From an uncultured Christensenella sp. (GTDB lineage Bacteria > Bacillota > Clostridia > Christensenellales > DTU072): DNA of 58,661 bases. The notes under the pieces are model-generated. The model was given only the letters and a program-made list of their open reading frames with translations. It was not told the DNA's origin and ran no database searches. The stretch is from positions 1-58,661 of the forward strand of contig CAYJBW010000002.1 in NCBI GenBank assembly GCA_964368255.1, in the 5' to 3' direction. How positions within the stretch are numbered: position 1 is the stretch's first letter; the number at the start of each line of letters is the position of its first letter. Both the position numbers and the translations under genes were made by a program. Positions 26,157-37,700 of this stretch are shown here, piece after piece.

Positions 26157-28410
26157 TGTTTTTTGCATACTATTGTTTGTGGCAATGTGCTTTTCCTTGC
26201 AAAGTTGTATTCCAACTGGTCAAGACGGTGGGGGAAACAATGGCAAAATTGACAATAATAACGGTGACACAAAGAACGAAAGCGATACATTTTTTGACAT
26301 AAATAATCTAAACTATAGCGTAGGTAGTGCCTTAGACACAACGGAAGCAAAAGGCTTTTTACTTTATGACGATGTTGATTTTAACAGCGTAGGCTTTGAT
26401 AGCAATGTTATTGACGAAAGCACAATATATTTTGAAGTGTGGTTTGGGGGAGAAAAGCAAAAAACTCTTTACAAATCATTTCGGTATGGTTTTGAACAGT
26501 ACCGGGTTAGTCAAAAAGGAGAATACACCGTCAAAGTTTTTGCCGAAAAAGTTAAAGGCGAAAAGGTTAATGACATTTTCAAATTAAATGTTATTTCTAA
26601 GGGGCGACCCGATAGTGTAGAGTTTGAAATAAAGAATAGCAAGGGCGTAATTGTAGATAATGTAAAAGGGGGCGACAGTTATACCTTTACTGCCAAAATT
26701 TACTCTGACGGCGAAGAAATCATACTAAAAAACGAAGATTTTTATTGGGAAAAACCAGCCAATGCAGGAATAAAAGAGTACCAATATACGGTGGGCAATG
26801 TTACCTGTCAAAGCCAAAAAAAGTTTGACTTTTATTGTTTTGCAACCAACAATACGGGCGCAAAAATAAATATAGTAAATAGTACATTTAATGAAGTTGA
26901 TAATCTAGTAAAAACTTCAGCATTCCCCGAAGGTATTTATTTTAGCTATGGTGTGGATACAACTAAAAAAGTGACATTAGATGTCAATGCAAACTCATCC
27001 TATTTCTATGACGGCATTACCGCCCAGTACCGCTTTGACAACGGCGAAACAAAGGAAGTACCAATATCCAACAAACACGAAGAAGGCAAGTTTAGTATGT
27101 TTGTTAGCTATGGTGAAGATACACCTGGTGTTTATTCGCTGTCAAACTATGACTACAGCACCGATTCGGCGGGGAACAAAATAACGAACTACTTTGATAA
27201 TGGTGTAAAATACCAGTTTGACCCCACCAAAGATAATGCCAAGGTTTATTTAGCTGTGTGGCAAAGACGAGTATCAGAAGTATCATATACTCTATTCCCG
27301 TCAAAGATAGAAAGTTCAATGTTAGATATAGATTTAATTAGGCACGCACCTGATGCATTCGAGATAAAGTCGCTTTCTGGTAGCCACAAAAACGATACTA
27401 CGCTTTATTCTAAAAGTTGTAAAAGCTTTACCAAAAACATTACTAACGGCAGTGTGGATTTATATGTAGTTTGTGACATGGACGGAGATGGCAGTATTGT
27501 TGACGAATACTATGGCAAAACGCTAAGCGATATTGAGCAATATTTTATGTTAAATGTGGACTCAAACACTGGCAGTTTGTGGGATTATACAATGGAAGTA
27601 ACTTACGACGGAGTCAGTCGCCCGATATCTTTCCAAAAGTACGAAAACTCCGCTTTGGGTATCTTTGATAGGTATTTTGTATCACCAAACCTAGGCTCTG
27701 CACAAATTACTGTTAGGTCAAAATTCACTGACAAAGTAAGCACTGTTACCGTCAACATCATTGACAAAGTTTTTGATAGCGCAAGGCAAATTGACGGGGA
27801 TAGTTTAAGCGATTATTTTGTATTCTCCATCGTAGATTTTAGCCAAAAAGTAAAGATAAAAGAATACCGCCTAAGTAGTTACAGCAACGACAATTATTAT
27901 CTTAGAAGTTTAAGAGTGGACGAAAATTTGGAGTATTTGAGAAGTGGCAAAGTTACAAGTCCTAATAGTTTTGCTTATGCCGACAACGGAGAGCGGGGAC
28001 AGACAATAACTATCAGAATTGCAGGAACAAGCATAACAAGGGATGTAACCAAGGTGTATATAATACCTAAGTTTGCATTTTTTATAAACGGCAACCACTA
28101 TGAGATAGGAGATATATCAACCACAGAATATTATGTGGAGAAAATAGATTCCGAAGTAAGTCCACATCCGAGTAAAGATTTTTACGGCAACACCTTAGCA
28201 TTGGAGTACATCAAGGGTCAAGAAACGGTCAATTTACTTTCCTTTGTTTTTGACGAAGAATATGCGGACTTAGAAGGGACAGCAACTAGTTTTTCTTACC
28301 AGTTTTTTGACAAAGAAAATAAGTTTGAAGTAAGGCACAGGTTTGACTACTTTCTTGCAGGGACTACAAATACTTACGATGTGAAAATACTAAAAATTTA
28401 TGTTAAATAA
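26137..28410 (+). CDS. Large secreted lipoprotein of unknown function, beta-rich
   Basis: 757 aa. MKKSIVSVFCILLFVAMCFSLQSC gives a signal peptide plus lipobox Cys, followed by a G/N-rich linker. It is Y/N/S/T/K-rich with no motif I recognise. Confidence 0.75.
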   Translation: MKKSIVSVFCILLFVAMCFSLQSCIPTGQDGGGNNGKIDNNNGDTKNESDTFFDINNLNYSVGSALDTTEAKGFLLYDDVDFNSVGFDSNVIDESTIYFEVWFGGEKQKTLYKSFRYGFEQYRVSQKGEYTVKVFAEKVKGEKVNDIFKLNVISKGRPDSVEFEIKNSKGVIVDNVKGGDSYTFTAKIYSDGEEIILKNEDFYWEKPANAGIKEYQYTVGNVTCQSQKKFDFYCFATNNTGAKINIVNSTFNEVDNLVKTSAFPEGIYFSYGVDTTKKVTLDVNANSSYFYDGITAQYRFDNGETKEVPISNKHEEGKFSMFVSYGEDTPGVYSLSNYDYSTDSAGNKITNYFDNGVKYQFDPTKDNAKVYLAVWQRRVSEVSYTLFPSKIESSMLDIDLIRHAPDAFEIKSLSGSHKNDTTLYSKSCKSFTKNITNGSVDLYVVCDMDGDGSIVDEYYGKTLSDIEQYFMLNVDSNTGSLWDYTMEVTYDGVSRPISFQKYENSALGIFDRYFVSPNLGSAQITVRSKFTDKVSTVTVNIIDKVFDSARQIDGDSLSDYFVFSIVDFSQKVKIKEYRLSSYSNDNYYLRSLRVDENLEYLRSGKVTSPNSFAYADNGERGQTITIRIAGTSITRDVTKVYIIPKFAFFINGNHYEIGDISTTEYYVEKIDSEVSPHPSKDFYGNTLALEYIKGQETVNLLSFVFDEEYADLEGTATSFSYQFFDKENKFEVRHRFDYFLAGTTNTYDVKILKIYVK

Positions 28411-28482
28411 TGTAAAAATTATTTGTGTTGATAATTAGGCATGGATTAGGCAATACTCCACTACACATTAGTGGAGATTTTT

Positions 28483-28602
28483 ATGAAAAAAGCAAAGAAA
28501 CCCTTCCAAAGTGAGCATTTTGACCCAAACGGGAGCTATACTGGCAACTATAAAGGTGACAAAGAGTACGAAGCGCCCGTTCAAGACGCAGATGATTTGT
28601 AA
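28483..28602 (+). CDS. Candidate small ORF (39 aa): MKKAKKPFQSEHFDPNGSYTGNYKGDKEYEAPVQDADDL
   Basis: GGAG lies 7 nt upstream of the ATG. It sits between the 757-aa lipoprotein gene and the giant-gene promoter. No family named. Confidence 0.35.
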   Translation: MKKAKKPFQSEHFDPNGSYTGNYKGDKEYEAPVQDADDL

Positions 28603-28644
28603 GGATTTAACGGCATATTAGCCGCCCACTTCCCAAAATAAGTA

Positions 28645-28673
28645 TTGACTTTTGCACGCGCAGGCATTATAAT
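28645..28673 (+). promoter_or_regulatory. Near-consensus sigma-A promoter TTGACT-17 nt-TATAAT driving the giant-gene pair
   Basis: -35 at 28645-28650, exact 17-nt spacer, -10 at 28668-28673. It sits about 70 nt upstream of the ATG at 28742. The hexamers are the same as in the rny promoter. Confidence 0.65.
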
Positions 28674-28741
28674 TCTTATATATATAAATATATATAGGGT
28701 AAGTAGCGTAATGTGTGCGCGCTGTGGAGGTTGCTACTAAT

Positions 28742-31700
28742 ATGAAAAAGACCTGGGTCAAGATTGTAATTCTTAGCATGATGCTAGTGTTCGCACTGGC
28801 TTTAACGGCATGCGAGCTACAGGACCCGTCTACTAGTGTGCTTTATTTTATCAATGACAACGCAGCCAATCAGTTTAACAAAGACAGAAACACCAAAGAC
28901 AACGCTATCGACAAAGTTACCGACTCAATCACCAACCTAAGAAGCTATCTAGACAATGAAGCTATTGCGACAACTGGTTACTACATGGGTGTGGAGTTCA
29001 ACATTGACACGCAAGACCCTATTACTTTGGAAGGTGGCAACTTCCGCTTAAAAGTACAGGCTCACCTTTATACATACCGTTACTTACAACAAGACGATAA
29101 AGGGAATGTGCTTAAAGACGAATTTGGCAATGAAATTCATATTTTCAAGTATTATGACAAAAAAGATGGCAAGTATTACGACACCAACAACCAAGAAGGG
29201 ACAAGAGTACTTACCGACGCCGAGGATATACATAACGAAGTAATCAAGAAGAGCAACATACTTATCGAGTGGTACAACGGCACCACTAACCAAATGCTGA
29301 TTGGTATGTATTTTGATGGCATCAACAACAATGCTGATGACCCGGGTAATGTGCTTTATCTTAACATTCAAAACTCAAAAAGAAGTTTCCCGGAATTTGG
29401 CGATACGGTTTTGTATCAACAGTTAATTAGACTACTTATGTCGCTTTCTGTAGAAAGTTTGTTAACAGCAGGTAATATACAGGGCGATGCTGGAGTATCT
29501 ACCTTGCGAGCACTGTTCGGTGTTGCCGTAAATGACAACTACAAAGTAGTGCTAAATTCCCCCATAACAAGCGTGCTATTCTATAGCATTGCAGCGGATG
29601 CTATTGCTTCCAATTTAACTGGCTTCATTCAAGGGCTTTTTTCACCATTTGAAGACAAAATCGACCCACTTACCTTGAAGTATCTGGGTTTTGACTTCTC
29701 CGTTGTGGGAAGTGCCGTAATTAACAGTGTAAACAGCGATATGCAATTCTTTACCGAGCCCGACCCAAATAATGTAAAAGAAATTATGACGGGCGCTTAC
29801 CTAACCTTTGCCGGAGCATCACTAAGCAGGGGTAGCATTTACAACTATGTGTCAGATGTCACCTTTGAATATGGTCCCTATCCGCCCGAAGAAATGGCTC
29901 TAGATAGGCTTTATTACACTGAGTATGACTACGGTAACTATGAGTTCGTTGGTAACCTTTATGTTCCTATGCTTAATGCCAATTTTGATGCGCTAATCAG
30001 AACGGATATCCAACAATATGACAATAGTATAAACAATGTGTTTATGGAGTTTTCTGACATATCGAATGGCGAACTAATGATTGGCGCCTACTACAAGAAC
30101 GAAAGAACATACATAGATATTTCTGGACTAGAGTATTTGTACGGCTGGATAGACCTAAACCAATTAGGCTTCCCCAAAGTTTATGACGAAAGTATAAATC
30201 TTGCAGAACAGCTGGGCAAAATGTTCAAGTTTTTGAACAACAGCATTGTCAGTATTGTCGATGCTATACTTAGCCCCGACAAAAACGACAAAGAAAACAA
30301 ATTGTTAGAATACATTATGGAAAAAACTGTTTCTACCAAGAAGACGCCTGATGATATTTTTAGTAAAAACACAGTAACCCTTACTGTGGACATGTATTTA
30401 ATAAAACACGCCTTAGAAGAAACGGGACAAGGTACATACACAACTAGGCAAATTATCAATATTTTGGATTCATTGATGCCCTACACTATGGACCAAATAG
30501 CCATTATGCTTGGTGTTTCTAGCGCAGAAGTAATGCTTGATAATACATATTTTACCTTTACGCTAAATGTAGATACCAACGAAATCACTGTAAAAATGTT
30601 CACCAATGTGGGCATAAAACCCGGTGAGCCGTCTACGCTTATATTCCAGTTGGATGTAATCCCAACCGTAGTTGGTGAATATGTAGAGATTGCCGAAGTT
30701 AAGTTTGACAACTTTAAGCCGTTAGAACAAATATATACCTATTCTGCAACAATGAACGGAAACTTTGTTTTCAGCACTGCGGAAACTGTGGATATGAGCC
30801 GACTTTTGTCGGCAACTATAGGGGAGAACTCTGGAAAAAACACCCCATACATACTACCACAGAAAGCAGGTGTTACCTTTAGACTTATCTATGACCAATT
30901 TGTCACCGACCAAATTGTAGACGGAGTGTTAAAAAAGGCAGGACGAAGCGCATTTGAACTTACCGTTTGGCTTACAGGCAGTGACGAAACACAAATAATT
31001 ATTAGGCTAGCTTCTGACGATGTGGCATTTAATAACGAAGTGTACCAAAATCAGCCCGAACGAGCGGCGGAACTTGGCTATGTGTGGGTAAGTATTGAGT
31101 GCGTGAAGCTAGGTGACGGCGTCAGTCAAAAGATTCCTAAGGTAAAAATCCGTGAAGATGTCTTTATGACATCAATGCAAGCATATATGAACGGCACTTC
31201 CATAAGTGATGACGCGAGCGAACTAGAAGGCACTGATGTTAATTTGTCAATAACAAGTATTCTTTTTGCGCTAGTTGAAGACAGCTATGTCGTGGCGCAA
31301 CCAAAACAGTTGGAAATAACTACTTCTAACGAAACAGTGCAGAGCATTTTCCGTGTTAAGGGACTAATTGGCAATATAAGAGTGAATGCTGGATTTACTT
31401 ACCGTGTCAAAGGACTAGAGAATGTAAAGTACAGCTACGGCATGTACAAAGTAGGACAGTTCGAGAACTTAGAAGGCAACAGCCCATACGATACCGAACT
31501 TCATGACGACATACCAGTGTACTTCTACGAAGATTATCATTATGATTATGACGACCTGGAGTATGACTTGCGAGTGGATAGACAAACGGGAGTTATTCAA
31601 GTATATGAGAAGGGCGGAAAGAAGCTAATCAATCGTGAGCCAATAAACTATGCCAGTGATTCTTTCTTTAACAACGAAGGACCGAACAACCAAGATATAA

Positions 31701-34700
31701 GTCTAATTAGGTTCAATTATAACAACATTAGCGCGCTAGTTTTGCGCGAAGAAGATATTTATTACTACCTTACCTATGCAGGCGAAAGGGTAGATATTGA
31801 AGAGCAATATGTAAGACTAGAAAGCGGTCAAGTCTATATTTATTACCTTGGTATAATGGATAGAGTACACCACGAAGGTGGAAGTGAGTTTTATTATTAC
31901 GAAAGAGACATGGCGCTAACGGATAGCGATGGATATTATATTTACTATTACCCACAAACCACATTAGGCTTTATGTTCAACTACGACTTGCCGTCAATAG
32001 AAATTACTGAAGCCGCCAAAACGCAGTATGCTCCAAGAATAGACGGTAGCTTTATGGGTACGCTTCGCCATTATGTTTTGGTAATGACAAGTGTGCTAGC
32101 AGTTGAGCGTGGCAAGCTCTTTGAACTAGAGAGCAAAGAGTATTATTCCCTAGAAGACGAAAACAACATTATTGAAGAGTTTGATGAAGATGGTGTGAAG
32201 ATAAAGGAAACGCTTAGCCCTATCGTGCTGTATGTTTTTGAGCCCTTCCTGCCCGTGCCAAAATCCACTGCGGTAAATATTAAAGTTGGTAAAAATACCG
32301 AAATATACACTTTGGTAGCGGACTTCCAAATAGACAAAGAACAGCTATACATAAAAGGCCACATGGAAGTAACGGAAGTAATTATTGCTAAAGGCATGAT
32401 GGGCGAAGCCACCTATCCTGTGCGTATAATTGTTACCAATAGAGAAATTCTTACTGCAGAGTATGTGAATATATATACAACAAATAACGACCAAGTGACA
32501 AATTATGTACCCGTTGTGGATAATATAGAAATTGACCCCTATGACTACATGATTGCAAAGTACGAGTTCTTTAGCAACATTGACAACTTTAACCCCGACC
32601 AATATTCACTAGACAGTAATTCTGCAGATTATTATTTGACACAGTATGAGCTAAAGGAAAAACAGTTCGCAAATGAGTATTTTAGCCAGTATATTTTTTC
32701 CATTAACTTTAATTATTTGGAGAGTGTGCTTTATGCTGAAGAAGTAAAACCAGAGTACATAGCGACAACCTATACCAATCTAAATAACAATGTGTTAGAA
32801 AAATATAACTGGAACTTTGATGTATTTAAGGCAGGGAACAATAGAGAACAAAACATTACTGCGGCGGAAGGTAACATAATAAATCTGCATACCTATTTCC
32901 AAGGACAACTTATTGCGCTTAGAGTTAATGTGGGCAAACGGATATTCTCACATCTAAAGTTTTATGAGAATGACGATTTTAACCCGACAGAAGCCAATGC
33001 CGGCATAGAAAATAACAATCAGTACATTTATGGACATTATGTTGCCAACTATTTTGACGAAGGTAGCTACAAAGTGCCGACAACACCTGTTTTTGTGTTT
33101 AATAACGGTAGCGGTAGAGAGTACGAGAAAGTGTTCGACTTGCGCTACATTAGTGGGCTTAATCAGGACGGCAACTATATTTTCTCGAATATGTACGAGA
33201 TAATGTGGGCTGACCCAAAAATTACTAATATTGGTAGCTTAGGTTCTTACTATTTGTTAGAAGGTGAGCTTGTCAATAGACCTTTCTATGTGAGTCATGT
33301 AGTAAAGGACGAAAACGGAGTTATTATCAGCGAAGGTACGCCAACTCCAGGAGAGAGTGGGAATGACAGCGCCATTGATACATCAAGCTTGAATATGTTC
33401 TGGCTACTAAAAATATTTAAGCCAATCAGAAATGCGATTGGAGGTTATGAAGGGCAGTACAAAGAAATAAGTATGGTTTCTGGCACAAGTACAGATAGTG
33501 GCTTCCCCACCATTGTTTTGCGTATAACGGTAGAGTGCCCCAAACTAAATGTAGCTCCAGCAAGAACAGAAAGTGGCGCGATTATTAAAGAAGCAGACGA
33601 ACTGGACACCACTGGCGCAGGCGGTAGCCCCGTTGTATTTAATCCTAGTGCAATAAAGATAGGTAACAACAGTGTAGGATATTATTTAATTGACCCACTA
33701 AATGCGTCAACTAATATAATACCTAGAGATATAACGCTTTATTTCGTGGATCCAAATGACGAAAGTGGCAGGCTAAGTAGTCACAAATTTAAGAATGTGG
33801 AGTGGTATTCTTATATTCCCACAACCACAGTGGACGGTAACATTACTTTCCAAGCCGGTAGTTATACTAACGCCTCCGGTTACGAAATAATAAAGGAAGA
33901 AAACGGCGTTTATACATTCAACCAACCTACAGATAAGCCAATTGTAACAAGAATTATGGCAAAAATCGGTAGTGACTTGTCAGGATATCAACTAATTGTG
34001 CTTTGCATAAAGGTGCTTAGCAAAGACCCGCAGAATGTGGAATTCTATTTTGGCACAAAGGGCGAAACTACGAAGTACATTTCTGGCATAGAGAAGGTTA
34101 ATCTATCGGTAAACGATGACAAAGGAACAAAAGCAGAAGAATATGCAATTTACACATATTATGTCAATACCTTTGCTAACTTTAATATGCCTACTTGGAT
34201 AAAAGCCTATTTTGGAGTGGCAAGCGAGAGAAGTGAGCTTTATGATGTAACTTGGCAACAGGTAAGTAATAGTAGCTTGCCAGTGTATCAGCCAAACAGC
34301 GTGGTAAATCTAATGGCGATAATAGGTAGCGGAGATGTAAAAATACGCATTTATTTGGTAGTTGTCGTGGCTAATTATTCTATTAGCAACATTGAACTTG
34401 TTAGTGATTATAATTCACTCTTAGTAAAGGTAGGTAGTCATAATAATTATGTACAAGTTAGTGATTTGTTGCAGAAAGATTTTGTCAACAACAAAATGGG
34501 ACTTTACCAAGTAGACGGATATCTGAACAACTACTTATTACTCAGTACCGGTAGCGAGCAAGACGGCTTAGTAGAAATTGGAAAGTTGGGATGCTATAGA
34601 TTTATTGAAGGAGTATATGTCTTACAGGCCCAGATGTATCCTTATGAGTTCCTTAATTCAATTTATAGCAGAATGAATATTTTCTTTAACAACAGTCAAC

Positions 34701-37700
34701 TCGTAGACTATGCTAATGTTAGTAATTACTATACAAGAGTGTATTCTTCGGAGTCAAATCAGACTTTGTCGGTCAAACTTAATGATGCAATTGAATTTAG
34801 CTATAGTTTTGATGCAGGCACACAACAAAACAAACTAAATGTGACATATAGATACCTTGCGGGTGACGGTTATTATTATTATCTAAATCTTGACGAAAAC
34901 GATATGGTTAGAGTGTATCTTAATTCTGATATGGTGGAACAAACAAGCATTAGTTTGGAAGTACATGAGCTTACATCATTACTCACCCACGAAAGAAGCG
35001 CCGAAGATATCAGAAGCTTTGTAGTGGACACTGTTACCTTGCAAAATGGCACAATAGATGGTGGTGGCAAACCATTATCTGCTATTTATACCTTCCTAAG
35101 CGGTAACCTAACTTATTATTCTCCACAAGACATTACCGAAAGAATGAGCTTTATTAGCATAACTTTCACCAACGGCAGAGTAATGACAGTGGAAGAATTG
35201 AATTATAGGCTACTTTACCTAGAGCGCAACAGAAGACAGAACACTATTGTTACCCCTATTAGGAACAAAGTAACATCAATAAACAACTTCAGTGGTATTT
35301 TTAGTATTAACGATATCGTCAGAGAGTCCATAGACCCTTACAGCTTCCAAGAGAGTCCGAACTTTATAGTAAGTTTGGGTACGGGAAGAAACGCTTACGA
35401 TATGACACTAAGAATAATATTTGACGGTGGTTTGCGTGTGAGTGTAGACAGTATGGCAAGTCAAACTATTGATATTGAACCATACAGCGGTAACGGAACG
35501 GCGAACTATGGCAACAATGGATATTCTTTAGCGGTTAATGTATCCGCCGAAATAAAGGTTGTTAAGCAGGACAATACAGGCTCGATTATTAGATATTATT
35601 ATGGTGACCAGTATGGTATAAGCACACAAAAACTAACATCTTGGTATGTTAGTCAAAGTAGCTACGAGAGTGTTCCCGTTGGTTCTGTCATCACCACTAT
35701 TGAACAGAGTTTGATTTATTCTTCGGAGGGCGGTAGCCTAACTATTACCACCCTAACTGCGGAAGGATTCCGACTTACTAGAGTGCTTAATTTTACAGGT
35801 GTGCCAGAAACTATCGACCACTACAACAGTACTCTTGCCACTGGTTTACTCATAAGGAATGGCAGAATAACTGTTGAAGACATTTATAATTATATGCCAA
35901 TTACTACCTATTTTGGTGGTACAGCATATTTACCGAAAGAAATAAATGCCACGCTTAGTGGTAAGAGCATTACTGTTAGCAATGTAAACTGGGAAATATC
36001 CCCCAACTGGCGTCAGAATGTATTAGCACAACTTTCTTACTACGGCACCAACGATTTGCAAAGAGTAATAGCTACCGCAGAAATACTTGGTTGGGAGAGC
36101 TACGAAGGTGGCAAGCAGGTGTATCACGATAGAATTACGATAACTCTTTATATAGTAATAAACAGTGCGGAAGTGGCGCAACTTCCTTGGCTCACTACTT
36201 CTCTAAGACTAAACACTTTGCCAATAATTGAAGATGTGGGCGGAGTGCAAACAAAGATACAGGCTGTTGATGTGGATGCTTTCAACGATATGAACAGCGG
36301 AGCAATAAGTAATGCAACATTTATTTTGCCACAAAACATAATAGTGCAGTATGTAGGGGGAGCAAAGCATACCTTCTACGGTGTAACTTATAAGTTTAGG
36401 AATGTAGATGTAGCTTACATACCATATAACATTCAAGGTATAGATGTTGATGCAATGAGTGACCAATTAAGCCTAAATGTCAATATGTTCGAGACAGACC
36501 ACATTGATTTGCAGGTAAGCTTGGGACTTATGCAGACTCTCATTATTAGGTTCCGTTTCTATGACAAAACCGTTGTAAATGTTGTGCCGGATTTGTCGCT
36601 GACAAACACTGGTATCAGGAACCAAATAAATGATGCTTTGGGCACACTAGATGATGAGTTAAGCGATAGAATACAAAAGGATATGAACCTTATAAGGATA
36701 CAAGCCAACATAGAAAAACTTATAGAAACAGCAAGACTTATAAGAAATAATGTAGCTATGCCACTAACACAGAACATTTTGGGAATGACATCTCTAGCTC
36801 CCATTAGGGCAGAGCTAGTAAAGGGTTGGATAGGCTTTGATATTATTTCTAATCCCCAAGTTAACCCACCAGGACAACCGTTATCGGCGGAGCAATGCTA
36901 CAATTATGCACTGCCTAGACTAAGAACGGAGGCAGAAAGCTATGCAGACAGCTATGCAAGGAACATACTTGATATTATCAACACATCATCACTTGCATTG
37001 CGCGCAGCGGCTATCAAAAAGCAAGTGGATGACTATGTAAGGGTAGCGTATAACAGAAGCTATGACATTATTATTAGCGACTATATCAAAGAAGAGTTGT
37101 CTGTAGCCTTTGTTAAAGAAATGCAAGCAATGGACAGCTATGCTCTAAGTTATGCGTTATATTACAAGAACTATATGGAAGCAAGCCTTAATATAGAGTC
37201 AATAATTAGCGGCATTTACAGAATAAGAGAACAAATAAATTGCGGAATTTATGATATGTTTGCAGATGCAAACTTGCTTAATACTCTTTACAAAAACATC
37301 ATTATTGCTGCGGTGCAAAATGCAATGACTGTCGCCAAAGCTAAGGTAAATAATGAAGCAATCAGCGCAATAATTGACAATATTGTTTGGATGCGACTGG
37401 GGGTCAATTCCGCTTCCGGCAGTCAGTACCAACCGCTCACGAAGGACATCAATTATATAGTAGCTAGCGATCTTTACAAAAGCAAAGTGGAACTCCGCGC
37501 GATATTTAAGGAAATGATAAGCAGCGCTATGGACTTTAGTATTAAGGCAGGGGACATTGATATTATTTCTTCGGAACTGCACGAACTTATACCCCTTATG
37601 GTACAGGCCAATGTGGACAGCATATCTGGACTTAGCACAAGTATAAGCGCAGTAAGAAGAAACTTGATTTCTGACATAGACATAGGAAGTTTGATAAACA

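Noticed and set aside
28715-28741. GTG 28715 start for giant gene 1 and ATG 11958 start for the Flg_new lipoprotein, as listed in the ORF track
   Set aside because: Downstream starts (ATG 28742, GTG 12009) are preceded by GGAGG and give canonical lipoprotein signal peptides. The ATG at 11958 sits inside a promoter spacer.
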